Positions 36,957-47,827 of a stretch of DNA of 64,000 bases are shown piece by piece. The notes under the pieces are model-generated. The model worked only from the letters and a program-made list of their open reading frames with translations, did no database searches and was not told where the DNA came from. The translations under genes were made by a program, and so were the position numbers. The number at the start of each line of letters is the position of its first letter. The first letter of the stretch is position 1. The stretch is from Eukaryota sp. TZLM1-RC (taxonomy: Eukaryota; Protista; Metamonada: BaSk clade). Location: NCBI GenBank assembly GCA_040285825.1, contig JAUPSS010000011.1, positions 1,003,658-1,067,657 of the forward strand, given 5' to 3'.

Positions 36957-36999
36957 ATTAATTAATTAATTAATTAAAATTATGACCAACAAGCGTTAT

Positions 37000-39900
37000 A
37001 AACAATGTCATCCAAAAGGAATTTCCAGAATTATCCAGCTATTTTTATTTATTTTATCGTAAAGCTAGTGAACTAATTTATGAGTCTTATACTGTATTTT
37101 CGTCTTCCGGAATTAAGCAAGGTGATCCCCTTGGGCAATTACTCTTTTGTTTAGCAATTCACAAGTCTATGATTCATTTAAGTAATCGTTATCCGATGTT
37201 GAAGATAGTAGGATACATGGATGATATCTCAATTATTGGTCCTTTAATTGTTTTGATTGAAATCGCTTCTGAAGCCTCACTGTTTTACAGAGATATTGGT
37301 CTTTTGCTAAATCCCGACAAATGTCTTCTCATAGGAAATGTAAAAGATAGATTAACGATTGATGGTGTTGAAATTCCTTTTGTTAACTATTCCTCAGATG
37401 CTTTTCGTTTCTTAGAATGCTGGCTTGAAAATATTCCGAAAATTACTGAAGAATTGAATAATGTTTTAATGAAATTGGGTTCTGAACTTGACACAATTTT
37501 GTCATTTGAAATTGAAAAATTGAGATTAATTGTCCTTTTCGCAAAAAGCCCCTCTTTAAATCTGCCAATGATCACCCTCTCCTTTTTCTGTTTTGAATGT
37601 CAAACAAGTGATTCTCTTCGTGCACCTGTTAAAATTCCTGTAGAAGTGAGTCCTGTCAGTTCTGTTCCTCTGTCTATGGAAATGCGTGCTTTTTCCTCCC
37701 AATTGAAACTAAACAAATGGAACAAAACAAGCTTTTGGAAATTCTTTGCCAAAAAGAATAAGACAATTAATTACAAACCAAAACAAAAAAAAGCTAATTG
37801 TTCATTTCAAGCAAGAAATTGTTCCTGAGAGGTAGATATGGAAGCGGTTTAAAAAATATTTTTTCAGGAAAGCTGGCTGATAATAATCTTGACACTGTTG
37901 AACAATTGAAAGCCCTTCATCCAACTGAAAATTTTTGCCCCAGTGAGCTTTCAATTTGTCACTATTGGCTCGAAAATCATTTTCAGGCTCAAGAAGTGTT
38001 AAATGTCATTGCTAAATTACCAAAAGGAAAAGCTGCTGGTCCTTCAGGCATTTCCTTTGATTTGTGAAAAACTGCTTGTAAAAATGCTCCAGAAATTTCT
38101 GAGGATCTTGCCGTTTATTTTCAAAATTTAATGTGTTTGAATTATGTTTCTCCGCCTGCATTGACTGCTGCCCGCTAAGTTGCTTTAGTTAAATTTGGAA
38201 AAAGTAACAAGCCTGATGGAGTTAGACAAATTGCTATTGGAGAGTCATTAACCAGGTTGCTGTCCTCTCTTATTTTCAATAGAATTTCTACCAAAGCAAA
38301 AGACTATTTGAAGCCTTTCCAATTTGGTATTAAAACTATTGAAGGTGCTTCTGTTGCTTCAAATTTCAGATGTATTTTTCAATAGTCAGCAACATCAATG
38401 TATTTTCAATTTGGATTTTAAATATGCTTTTAATTCAGTGAATGCGTAACTGTATTTATCATGTGCTTCTTCAAGAATTTCCTGAACTTTCAGCATATTT
38501 TTATTTATTTTATGGAAAAAAGTCGGACTTAATTTTTGACACCTTTACCCTTGAATCATCTTCTGGTGTCAAACAAGTTGATTCTCTTGGCACATTGCTT
38601 TTTTGTTTGGCTATTCATAATATTACTGAAATGACCCAAAAAGAATTCGCTGAATTGCGTGTTGTTGCCGGAATTAATACCGTATTTTCAATCAACATAT
38701 TGCACATATTCTAATTTACATTTTGGTGATAACATTTTGAGTTCATCAAGTGGTGTAAAGCAAGGAGATCCGTTAGGGCCTCTTTTGTTTTGTTTGGCCA
38801 TTCATCCTATTTTACTGCAAATTCAAGAGATGTTTCCTTCACTAAAAATGATTGCATATATGGATGATGTTGTGCTTATTGGTGATTTAGATATTGTGAA
38901 ACAAGCAACTGTTTGTTTTAAAGAATTATTTACCAAAATTGGTCTCCGACTTAATTTACTTAAATGTGTTTTGTTATCGAATTCTCCAGTTTCCACAATA
39001 GTTGATGGTATTGAAATTCAAGCCAAATTATATTCAATTGATGCTATTCGTCATTTGGGTTCGTTTTTAGGAAATAATGATGAAATTACCAAAAAATTGT
39101 TTGAAAAGTTGAGCTCAATTTCTGACAAAATTGACCGAATGATGAATTTAGATATAAAAAAACACATCAAATTTACCATTATGAGATTGTGTTTTAGTTC
39201 CAACTTCAATAATATATTTCGATCTACAAATCCTCTCGTCACTAGACCTTTGGCTCAGAAGTTTAATGAGTTACGTGCAAAAGTTCTGTCTCAATTACTG
39301 GGATGTAAAATGTTTCAAATTCCAGATCATGCTTACCTTAGTCCACATTATGGCGGTTTAGGGTGGACGAAGGCTTCTATTCTTACCTCGTGTGCTTTTG
39401 TTGGTGGATGTAGAAATGCAATCTTTCAGTTTTCCGAAAGATTTGCAGATTGGGAAGATTTATTGATGACAACGCAAAGTTCCACTGTTTTGCATTAAAT
39501 GAAGAAATTTCAAAAATTGAGGTAGAAAAATGGGGTCGATGTTTTCCCCAATCATTCAATGGCAATATTCCAGAAAAAAATGTTTTAAATTTGAAGTACA
39601 CTCTTCGAACATTACAGAAACGATTGACTGGAATGTATGAAAAAGATCTTTATAACAATATATGCAGCTCGGCTGTTTTAAATCAAGATCTTCACTCATT
39701 GTTATTGGAAAAGGGTGTTTGTGAAAACAAGTCGTCAGATTCTTCACTTTTTGTAACTATTGTACCACGAAGATTTGGATTGTGTGCCACTAATGAAGCA
39801 TTTGTAACAAAAATGAGATTATATTTGAACATCCCCATTAATCAATTATTATCAAAAGAAAAATGTATTTGTTCGAATTCACCTCAACTCACTTTGCGCC

Positions 39901-42290
39901 ATGCTCTGAATTGCTCTAAATTGATAACTTATCGTTCTTCATTACATGATGCTGTTAGAGACACTGTTTTCAATATGGCACAAACTGCAAGGATATCGTG
40001 TATCAAAGAGCCCCTGCTGAAGGAAACACTTTCTCTGAATAATTTTGGTTCTGATGATAGAGGTGATGTATACTGTGATTGGATTGATAATTCTGAAGCT
40101 ATTGTTGACTTTGTCTCATGTAATGTTGCAAATGATACTTTGGTTCACAGAGGAAAACTTAATCCTGTGGCTGCTCTGGATTTTAAAGCAAAAGAGAAAC
40201 ATAGAAAATATGATAAAGATATTGAAGAGGCTAATGTCGATAGAAATACACAGCTGGTTTTTATTGCTTTCCCATTTTCGATAAATGGAAGATTATCAGT
40301 TGAAGCAGAAACTTTTTTGAATGACTTCCAAAAAATGGTGCAAGAAAAAACAATGAAAAGATTTGATATATTTTTATGGCGTTCACGGATTCAATTTGCC
40401 ATTATTAATAGATTACCACGGTTTTTCAATCGAATAAGAGAAGCTTTAGCTAGACAGCAAGCAGATCAAGATTTTGTAGAGGATATCTTGGTTCAATGAT
40501 AGTCGTCCCATTAGTATTGAGTTAATTTAATTAAGTGTGCAAATTCAATAAATACAACATTCGTGTTGTTGCTTGTATGGATGATATTTCTATTATCGGT
40601 TCTTATGAAAACATTTGTAGGGTTTTTGATGGCATTGCCGCGAAATACAAAGAAATTGGATTAGCTTTGAATCCATCTAAATGTCTCTTGATTGGAAGAA
40701 CAAAACAATCTTTATTGATTGATGCTGCTCAGATTCCCTTTATTAATTATGAGCAACAAGCATTCATGTTGCTTGGATGTTGGGTAGGTAATTTGCATGA
40801 AATTTATTCCCAGTTGAACAATTTATTGAAAAATTTTGACAAGGATCTTACTTTTATTGCTGAATGTGATATTGAAAAACACATCAAATTTTTTCTTTTA
40901 AAAATTTGTTATTTAGGAAAATTCACTCATATTTTAAGGTCAACTCTCCTTTCGGTATCTCTTAATTTTTGCAGATTTTTTGTTACAAACTTCGGGACAA
41001 GTGGCTTTCTTCTTTATTAGAAGTAAATGAATCTTTGATTCGAAACCATTTATTTTGTTCTGCTGATTTGGGAGGAATTGGCTTCACCACATCTTCCATT
41101 ATGTGTAAAGCAGCTTTTTTTGGAAGGTGGTAAAAATATTGCTTTTGAATTTTTCCAAATGTTCCCTTATGATGTTCATCCCATCAATTGTTAATCTAAT
41201 TTTTACTTAAATCAACTTCAAATTTTGAATTAGCTCATTTGCCCTGTCATATCTGGATCCAGTGTTTTTCTCAGAATGTTCAAGAAATTCCCAACCGATC
41301 ACTCCCAAATTTAAGTTTTTGCCTGAAAAAGCTTCAGCACCATCTGGCGAAATTATATGAAGGCTTGGATTATGAAGTAAGACTTGGCTTGGCCAAAACT
41401 AAAAATCCCGCTTTCGGTAATTTTTTAAAGAACATTCGTGATAGTTCTGCTGCTGCTTTAGTTACTCAAATTCCCTCTGTTGATGAACTTCTTTTAAAAC
41501 ACAATGAATGGCTTTTACACATGGGTTTTCATTGTTTTCTATGGCCAAACAATTTGCCCAATCATTTAACATATAAATGTGGTAAACCTCTTTTGTTTAC
41601 TCATCTTTTGAACTGTAAGCTTTTTATTACATTTAGAAGCAAAGTGCATAATAATGTCAGGGACCAAATTTATGTAATGTGCAAATCATATCGAGTAGAT
41701 TCCTTTTTAGAGCCTTTGCAATCGAAATTAATTCTTGATGACCCCAATATTGATAGTCCGCGTTACAGCAGAGCTTCTATGGGTCTAACAAGAGGTGATT
41801 TGGTTGTTCCCGGCTTAAATGGTAGTTTTACTATTTTAGACACCATGTCCATTGACCCTTGTAATTCTTCTACTGAACATTTCATAATTTCAGATGTAAA
41901 TAATGCTCTTCTTGCTCACACAAAATAGAAAATTGCTAAATATGCAAAACCCATTTCCTCTTAAAATGAAAATTCTTCAATATAATTTATGTCCATTTGT
42001 TTTTTCTTTGCTTGGATCTCTAGGTAAGGCTGCTATGGCTTTCCTTGAGGATTTTGTTGTAGTTGTAAAGGAAAGAACTGGAGAGATTTTCAATCGTGTT
42101 TACTGGCAAAACAGGATTGTATGTTCTATTTTTAAGGGAATGGTGAAAGTAATTTCTAATTCACTCTCTTCATTTAAGAAATTTTCTGAATCTTTAGTAA
42201 TTAATTGTCTTAATGTAGGTGAGGCAGATATTGAGGATGTGGAGTTTTAGTTGTGTATTTGATGATTTTTTATTCCTTATTAGATAAATG
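37000..42290 (+). mobile_element. Nest: minor-family RT fragment, then an old subfamily C copy (about 37520-42290) split by D
   Basis: ORFs 37169..37828, 37798..38067, 38442..38714, 40535..41020, 41239..41928 and 41903..42250, with many stops. Confidence 0.82.
38669..40561 (+). mobile_element. Subfamily D, 5'-truncated (RT C-terminal half plus RLE)
   Basis: ORFs 38659..39498 (QGDPLGP, YMDD) and 39450..40499 (CIC..HALNC, DRGD). TSD CGTGTTGTTGC at 38658-38668 and 40562-40572. Confidence 0.88.
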
Positions 42291-43045
42291 AACAAAACGT
42301 AGTCAAAAAAGTTTTAACTTTCTTTAATGTTTCCATTTGTTTATCACCAAAATCCATTATGGTTGAGCTTTCACTTTGTTGTTTGATTGTTGTAGAGTTT
42401 TAATTAAATCGTGTTTTAAGTGATTAAAACAATTTTTCACAAAACAACTTTTCTTTTCTCCAATTAACATGATTCTGGGAAAATTTTCGAAATATTTAAT
42501 GTGTGGTTTGTCTTTCAGAGGCAGATTTGTAAATTTATAGTATTGTTGTTCATTACATGATGCTGTCAGAGCTGCCTATACATTTCAAAAAATGGTTCAT
42601 CAATTATGAAAAAGGAGACTTGGTGTGTTTCAATGGTGCTCACGATTTCAATTCACCAAATATATTTCCACAGTTTTTGAATACTACATAACAAGCTATA
42701 GCGGCAAACTATGCAGTACAGGACTTTGTAAATGAGATCTTGATGCAGTGATTTCAGTCCCCTTGGTTCTGAGTATCAAGTGTTGTAGTTCAATAAAACA
42801 TAAACCCCAGTTAATGAAAAGAAGTCAAGAGAAGTTTGTGTGGTGTGCTTTCAAGAACTCAATATTCGTCATAATATTCGTGTGATAATAGAAAAAAACG
42901 CTAAAGGATTTGGTTTTTAAGGGTTAATAAGTGGGGTGAACAAACAGCTGGAATTTATTTAAAATACAAATAAAAAAAATAAATACAATTATTGTTAAGC
43001 AAAAACTACTGAAACCAAAAACACCTCCGACAGTTCGGCATAGCT

Positions 43046-43306
43046 CTAGGTGGACTTAGTCTTACCATCAGGTGAAAGATAAAACAAATCGTTGCTAGGG
43101 GAATACGTTGGGGTATAGAATGCCGTGGATCCTACAGTTGAGTTGGATCTAATAGAGCTAGGTGTGTGGAAACGAACAGAGAAAGGAGTTGAAGAAGGCG
43201 TGTTCATTGATGATGGTAGAGATGAGTACTCATCGTTAGAAGTGAGCAAAGTAGGAGTATTACTATCAGTTGTGTTGCCTTTGAAGCAGGATATACAGAT
43301 GCCCAT
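43046..43306 (-). CDS. Small S/T/P-rich protein with predicted N-myristoylation/palmitoylation (MGICISC)
   Basis: 86-aa ATG-initiated ORF with G2, C4, S6 and C7, divergent from NHP2. Confidence 0.6.
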   Translation of the reverse strand: MGICISCFKGNTTDSNTPTLLTSNDEYSSLPSSMNTPSSTPFSVRFHTPSSIRSNSTVGSTAFYTPTYSPSNDLFYLSPDGKTKST

Positions 43307-43690
43307 TGGCTATAGCTTTTGGTATCACTGAAAATCAAATTTATTTATAACAATTTGTTTAAAGTGTGTTGAGGGAATAAAAACTACTGTATAACACACA
43401 ATAGTGAACCTTTAAGTGTCTTCATCTTATTTTTTGCATTTATTTCATCTCATTATTTCGATAAGTTTAATGCAACAGACAGTACGTAAACAAAACAATG
43501 TGCATAAAAGCATCATCAATATGTCAAAGAATGCAGAAACATACAACTATTGAACTTGAACTTCTCCTGAATGATGTAAATTTGATGTTTTCATGTATAG
43601 TTCGATATTCTATTTTTCTTTTGTGAGAAACAAAAACAGATTTAAAGAGAACCCAACCCTACAAACACATCCTACTTCCTCTATCTACTC

Positions 43691-44172
43691 ATGGGAAAGA
43701 TTCGTCAAATAGATCCAAAGACAGGCCTGTCTGATATTGCTCAACCTCTTGCTAGCGACAAATTCTCCAAAAAATGTCTCAAGCTTACAAAGAAGGGAAT
43801 GTCTTCCTTATCACATAATGACCACAGCAGCTAAAGGCAAATTCCTTAGACGTGGTATTCGCGAAGTTGTAAAAGCTGTTCGTCGTGACACTAAAGGGTA
43901 AGTCTTTCTACTCCTATCACCCCAGCGTTTGTTTCATTGCTGGAAATATCAACCCCATGGATGTCATTGTCCATCTTCCAGTGTTTTGCGAAGAGAAGTC
44001 CATTCCTTATGTTTTTGTCCCATCCAAGGAAGAACTCGGTGTCGCTGCTCAAACGAAGAGGCCGACATCGTGTGTTCTAGTTGTAGATGATGCAAACTTT
44101 CCGGAACAAGAATCTTTTGCCGACGTTAAGGCTAAGATTGAATCAAAATACGCACCCCCCGTTTCTCAATAG
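43691..44172 (+). CDS. NHP2: H/ACA snoRNP subunit NHP2 (L7Ae family); exons 43691-43796, 43828-43897, 43926-44172
   Basis: The spliced protein IAQPLASDK..KKAAKGKFLRRGIREVVKA..KGVCFIAGNINPMDVIVHLPVFCEEKSIPYVFVPSKEELGVAAQTKRPTS matches the NHP2 consensus. Introns are 31 nt (GA..AG) and 28 nt (GTAAGT..CAG). Confidence 0.9.
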
Positions 44173-44519
44173 TTTTGCTTTAGTTTTTCCTAGATTTTCT
44201 TTTTATCTCTTTGTATGTAATACATATTTTCTTTTTTTTCCTTCTTCATCAAAACAGTTGTTTAATCTATTTTATATTCGCTTCAAGATAGAAAGCTCTC
44301 AGGGAACGTCAACTAGAATACCCCGGATGGTTCGACTCCTATTTAATTTATTGATTAATGTGGTAAAAATGAACAGATTTTTCTGAAATAACTTTGTACA
44401 CATACTTTTAGCTATTGTAAACCGTGTATGTCCATGGGAGCACAGTTGTAAGGCTTGGTAATTCTGACGCTTCAATCAAAAATAACAATAATGAGAAAAT
44501 ATTTGTTGTAGATAATGAT

Positions 44520-45150
44520 GTTGTCCAAAAATTAATAATATTTGTTTATTAAAAACTTATAAATCAACATCTCAATAATCCATCTTTCCCAAAACAAAAA
44601 CATCTAGATGAAACTTTCTCATAGTGAGATCCAAGAGAAAGCAAAGCATCAGGAACCATCTTCGACATCCCCTTAAAAATAGAAAACACAATTCTATTAT
44701 GCCAAAACATTCTGTGGAAATTTTTATTCGTTCTTCTCTTTAATTTCAAAATCTGCCAAAACACGTATGGTGGTGGGAACGAGTGAACCAAATAGAGAAA
44801 ATACAAATGGATACCAATTCTATTTTGCATGCTGTTGGCTGGACAATTTGGACAAAGGTTCATTGTACTTTTTGAGTTTGAAATTTTCAGCATTTGAAAG
44901 AGGATTACGGATTTCAGGATTAGCAAGCCTTTCATTTGAGACATTACATCCACTTAAATAAAGGTTTCATATCAACCAGGTAATAGAACATCACCTCTAT
45001 TATTCTTAAGAAAAAGATCTTCAACATCAAACAGATTTGACAACAGAGGTTCCAAAAAGGATTCAATTTTATGAGACTTAGACATGCAATAGAATTGGTC
45101 TCTTACAGCATCATGAACCGTGCTTCTAAAAGTAATAAAATGTTTACAAA
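44520..45150 (-). mobile_element. Degenerate subfamily A-like 3' fragment
   Basis: Similar to the reverse complement of 12410-13030. Confidence 0.78.
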
Positions 45151-45565
45151 ATTTTGCTGTCCAAAATTGGTAAACGTATCATATTAAAATATCAAATTAC
45201 ACCATGAATCTTCAGCTTATTTCCAGCTTGATTTACGCTGTGTTTGACATTTGAATAACTACAAATCCCAAATATTTATTGTCTCTTGTAATCGAATGTC
45301 ATGCTTCTAAATGTTATGAAATAAAAATTATAAAAGAAATCAAGTGATTTTAACATGTAATATCTTTTCAAATATTGCCAACTTCTAATCATTCCAATAT
45401 AACCACAGTTGTTTCCTTTCAACTAAGTCATGAATTTCAAGAAATTGTATCCATATAAGGCTTAACATCTAAAATTAACTTTTGAAACATTTCCCTAGAA
45501 ATCAAATAAGTAAAATGAGATATTATTTTGGAAAAGAGTTCAAGAATAAATTTAGAGATACAGTA

Positions 45566-45919
45566 TCATATTGAATTAAAATTAAGGATAACAACAATAT
45601 CACAAACTTGGAAACTTCTAATTGGGTAATTGATCAAACGAGAGGAATGAACATATAGAAAGAGAAGGGAGGCTTTTAGGGCGAGCCCAATAATTGTTTT
45701 AAGAAGGGAATCACCTGCTGGTAAAAGGTAAAAAAGAGTCGAAGATGAATAGAAAAACACGTAGAAAGAGTACATGGAGAGTTCTAAGGTTCGAAGAAGA
45801 AAGTTAGTGAGGGAAATAAGAATGAATGAGAAGAAGACAATCCATAAAAACCACACAAGAGACCAAAATAAGAGAGAGTATTGAGAGAGAAACTTTGGTT
45901 GCGCAAAGAGGTATATCAA
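45566..45919 (-). CDS. Exon of a probable multi-exon membrane protein, product unknown
   Basis: Very hydrophobic ORF preceded by TTAG|GAA, with a GTTTGT donor-like site near its end. Exon structure not resolved. Confidence 0.4.
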   Translation of the reverse strand: MIYLFAQPKFLSQYSLLFWSLVWFLWIVFFSFILISLTNFLLRTLELSMYSFYVFFYSSSTLFYLLPAGDSLLKTIIGLALKASLLFLYVHSSRLINYPIRSFQVCDIVVILNFNSI

Positions 45920-46111
45920 AGGTTCCTAATTTATAAAGTGAGGAAAATGGATCTGCGTTGAGGTTTAAAAACCTGCACCATGAAACAAGATGGAATCAAA
46001 GAATAGAAAGGATTAAAAACAATGAATTGAAAATATTTATATAGAATAAAAACGTACATTAAATAAAATGCCTTAAATACAACAAAAGAATCCAACTGAT
46101 TTCATTGCAAG

Positions 46112-47614
46112 TTATTGTTCTTCCTTTTTTACAGTTTTAGGCTTTGCTGGACGTCCCCTCCGCCTCTTGGGTGGGGTGGCTGCAAAAAACATGGAAAAGT
46201 CTGTGTTCTTGTTGCGGGTTCTGGTTGTTCTTCTGGGTCGTTGTGACTGTGATTCCTCTTTGAAAATGGGTTCTTCAGACGCCTGAGATTCGTTGTCTGC
46301 ATTAGATTTAGAAGGAGAGGCAACCTTGGGGGGTTCTACAGCCTTCTTGGTGGCACGCTTTCTTCGAGAAGTAATGGGAGCTGAGGTTTCTTCTTCAGAC
46401 ACCTGAGATTCGTCGTCTGCATTAGATTTAGAAGGAGAGGCAACCTTGGGGGGTTCTACAGCCTTCTTGGTGGCACGCTTTCTTCGAGAAGTAATGGGAG
46501 CTGAGGTTTCTTCTTCAGACACCTGAGATTCGTCGTCTGCATTAGATTTAGAAGGAGAGGCAACCTTGGGGGGTTCTACAGCCTTCTTGGTGGCACGCTT
46601 TCTTCGAGAAGTAATGGGAGCTGAAGTTTCTTCTTCAGACACCTGAGATTCGTCGTCTGCATTAGATTTAGAAGGAGAGGCAACCTTGGGGGGTTCTACA
46701 GCCTTCTTGGTGGCACGCTTTCTTCGAGAAGTAGTGGGAGCAGGAGTTTCATTACTGGAGACTAAAGAAACATGTGTTGGTGAGTTGACTGTAGGTGAAG
46801 GTGCATTATTGGCAGATCTAGTTCCAGTAATAGAACTGCTACGACTTGGGGTACGAACAGATTTGGTGTGCCACTTGGAGTTGTTAGAACCATTAGGAGT
46901 CTCACTAGTGAAACTGTCAATTTTAGATTCATCATTGCCACTTTCCTCACATGCTTTGGGTGATTGATGGGTTGATGATTTTGGAATATTTAACGGATCA
47001 ACATCTGGAAGATCTGGCAATTGTAAAGGACATGCTAAATCCAATGCTGTAGAAGCTTCACTTTTGGTCTTATTGTTATTATTAAACCCATTTGAATTAT
47101 TAAATATGCCCCCTCGACTACTAGAAAAACTGTCAACGCTCACCGAAGTCCTGTCTTCAGAGTCACTGATATCAGAACGGTCTGTCAAGCTTTCAGACTC
47201 TGAGCAATGTGTGTGTTTGAGTTTCTTGGGTATTTTTATTTTCGGTATTGCTGTTCGTCGTTTTCTCTTGACTGTATTCAGCTGTAACTTAGGTACTTGT
47301 GTGGAAGACGGAACAACAGCCTGGGACCCAACAACAGAGTTGGTCAAATCTGAAAACGTCAGTGGTGTAAAAGGAACTGCAGTGCTTATAGATGAAAAGG
47401 GGGTAAATGTAGAAGACTTGGCCGAGCTGTCTATAGGAAGAGGTGTTGTAAGTGGATTCGTATTAGTGTGTTGGAGCTCATCAAGTTGGCTCTGTGTAGG
47501 GGTTTGTAATCGTAGGATTTGCCTTACACATTCTTCTTGAATGGCTGACTCAATGGACTGACATACTGTGATAAACTAATAAAAGTACAAACATCTATCA
47601 AGTTCTAAAGACAT
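46112..47614 (-). CDS. 491-aa disordered basic protein with 40-aa tandem repeats and a C-terminal AT-hook; exons 47614-47593 and 47565-46112
   Basis: The frame of ORF 46112..47347 stays open to 47565. A 27-nt intron GTTTGT..TATCACAG joins it in frame to ATG 47614 (MSLELDRLCQ..). KRRRGRPAK AT-hook motif. Confidence 0.75.
46270..46740 (-). repeat. Coding minisatellite, about 4 x 120 bp
   Basis: Near-identical blocks begin at 46321, 46441, 46561 and 46681. Confidence 0.95.
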
Positions 47615-47669
47615 AAAATTAAATCAGAACAAGATGAAGGGGTTTAAGGTTTTGGTTGCTCTGTGGTTT

Positions 47670-47827
47670 TCATTTGAAATGAGTACTTTCATCAAGCATC
47701 ATTCAAACTTATTCCAAGAACTTTCATCCTTGGTGAGATCGTGCACAGACGTTCTAAAATCCTCGAATAACAGGCCACCAATCTCAGTGAGCCTATTTCT
47801 CCTCTAGAACAATACGTGGCTTTGAAG
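47670..47827 (-). ncRNA. Candidate Fanzor omegaRNA scaffold
   Basis: Lies directly 3' of the Fanzor stop codon. Three G-U-containing stems on the minus strand at 47751-47810, 47714-47733 (GAAA tetraloop) and 47673-47707. Confidence 0.5.
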
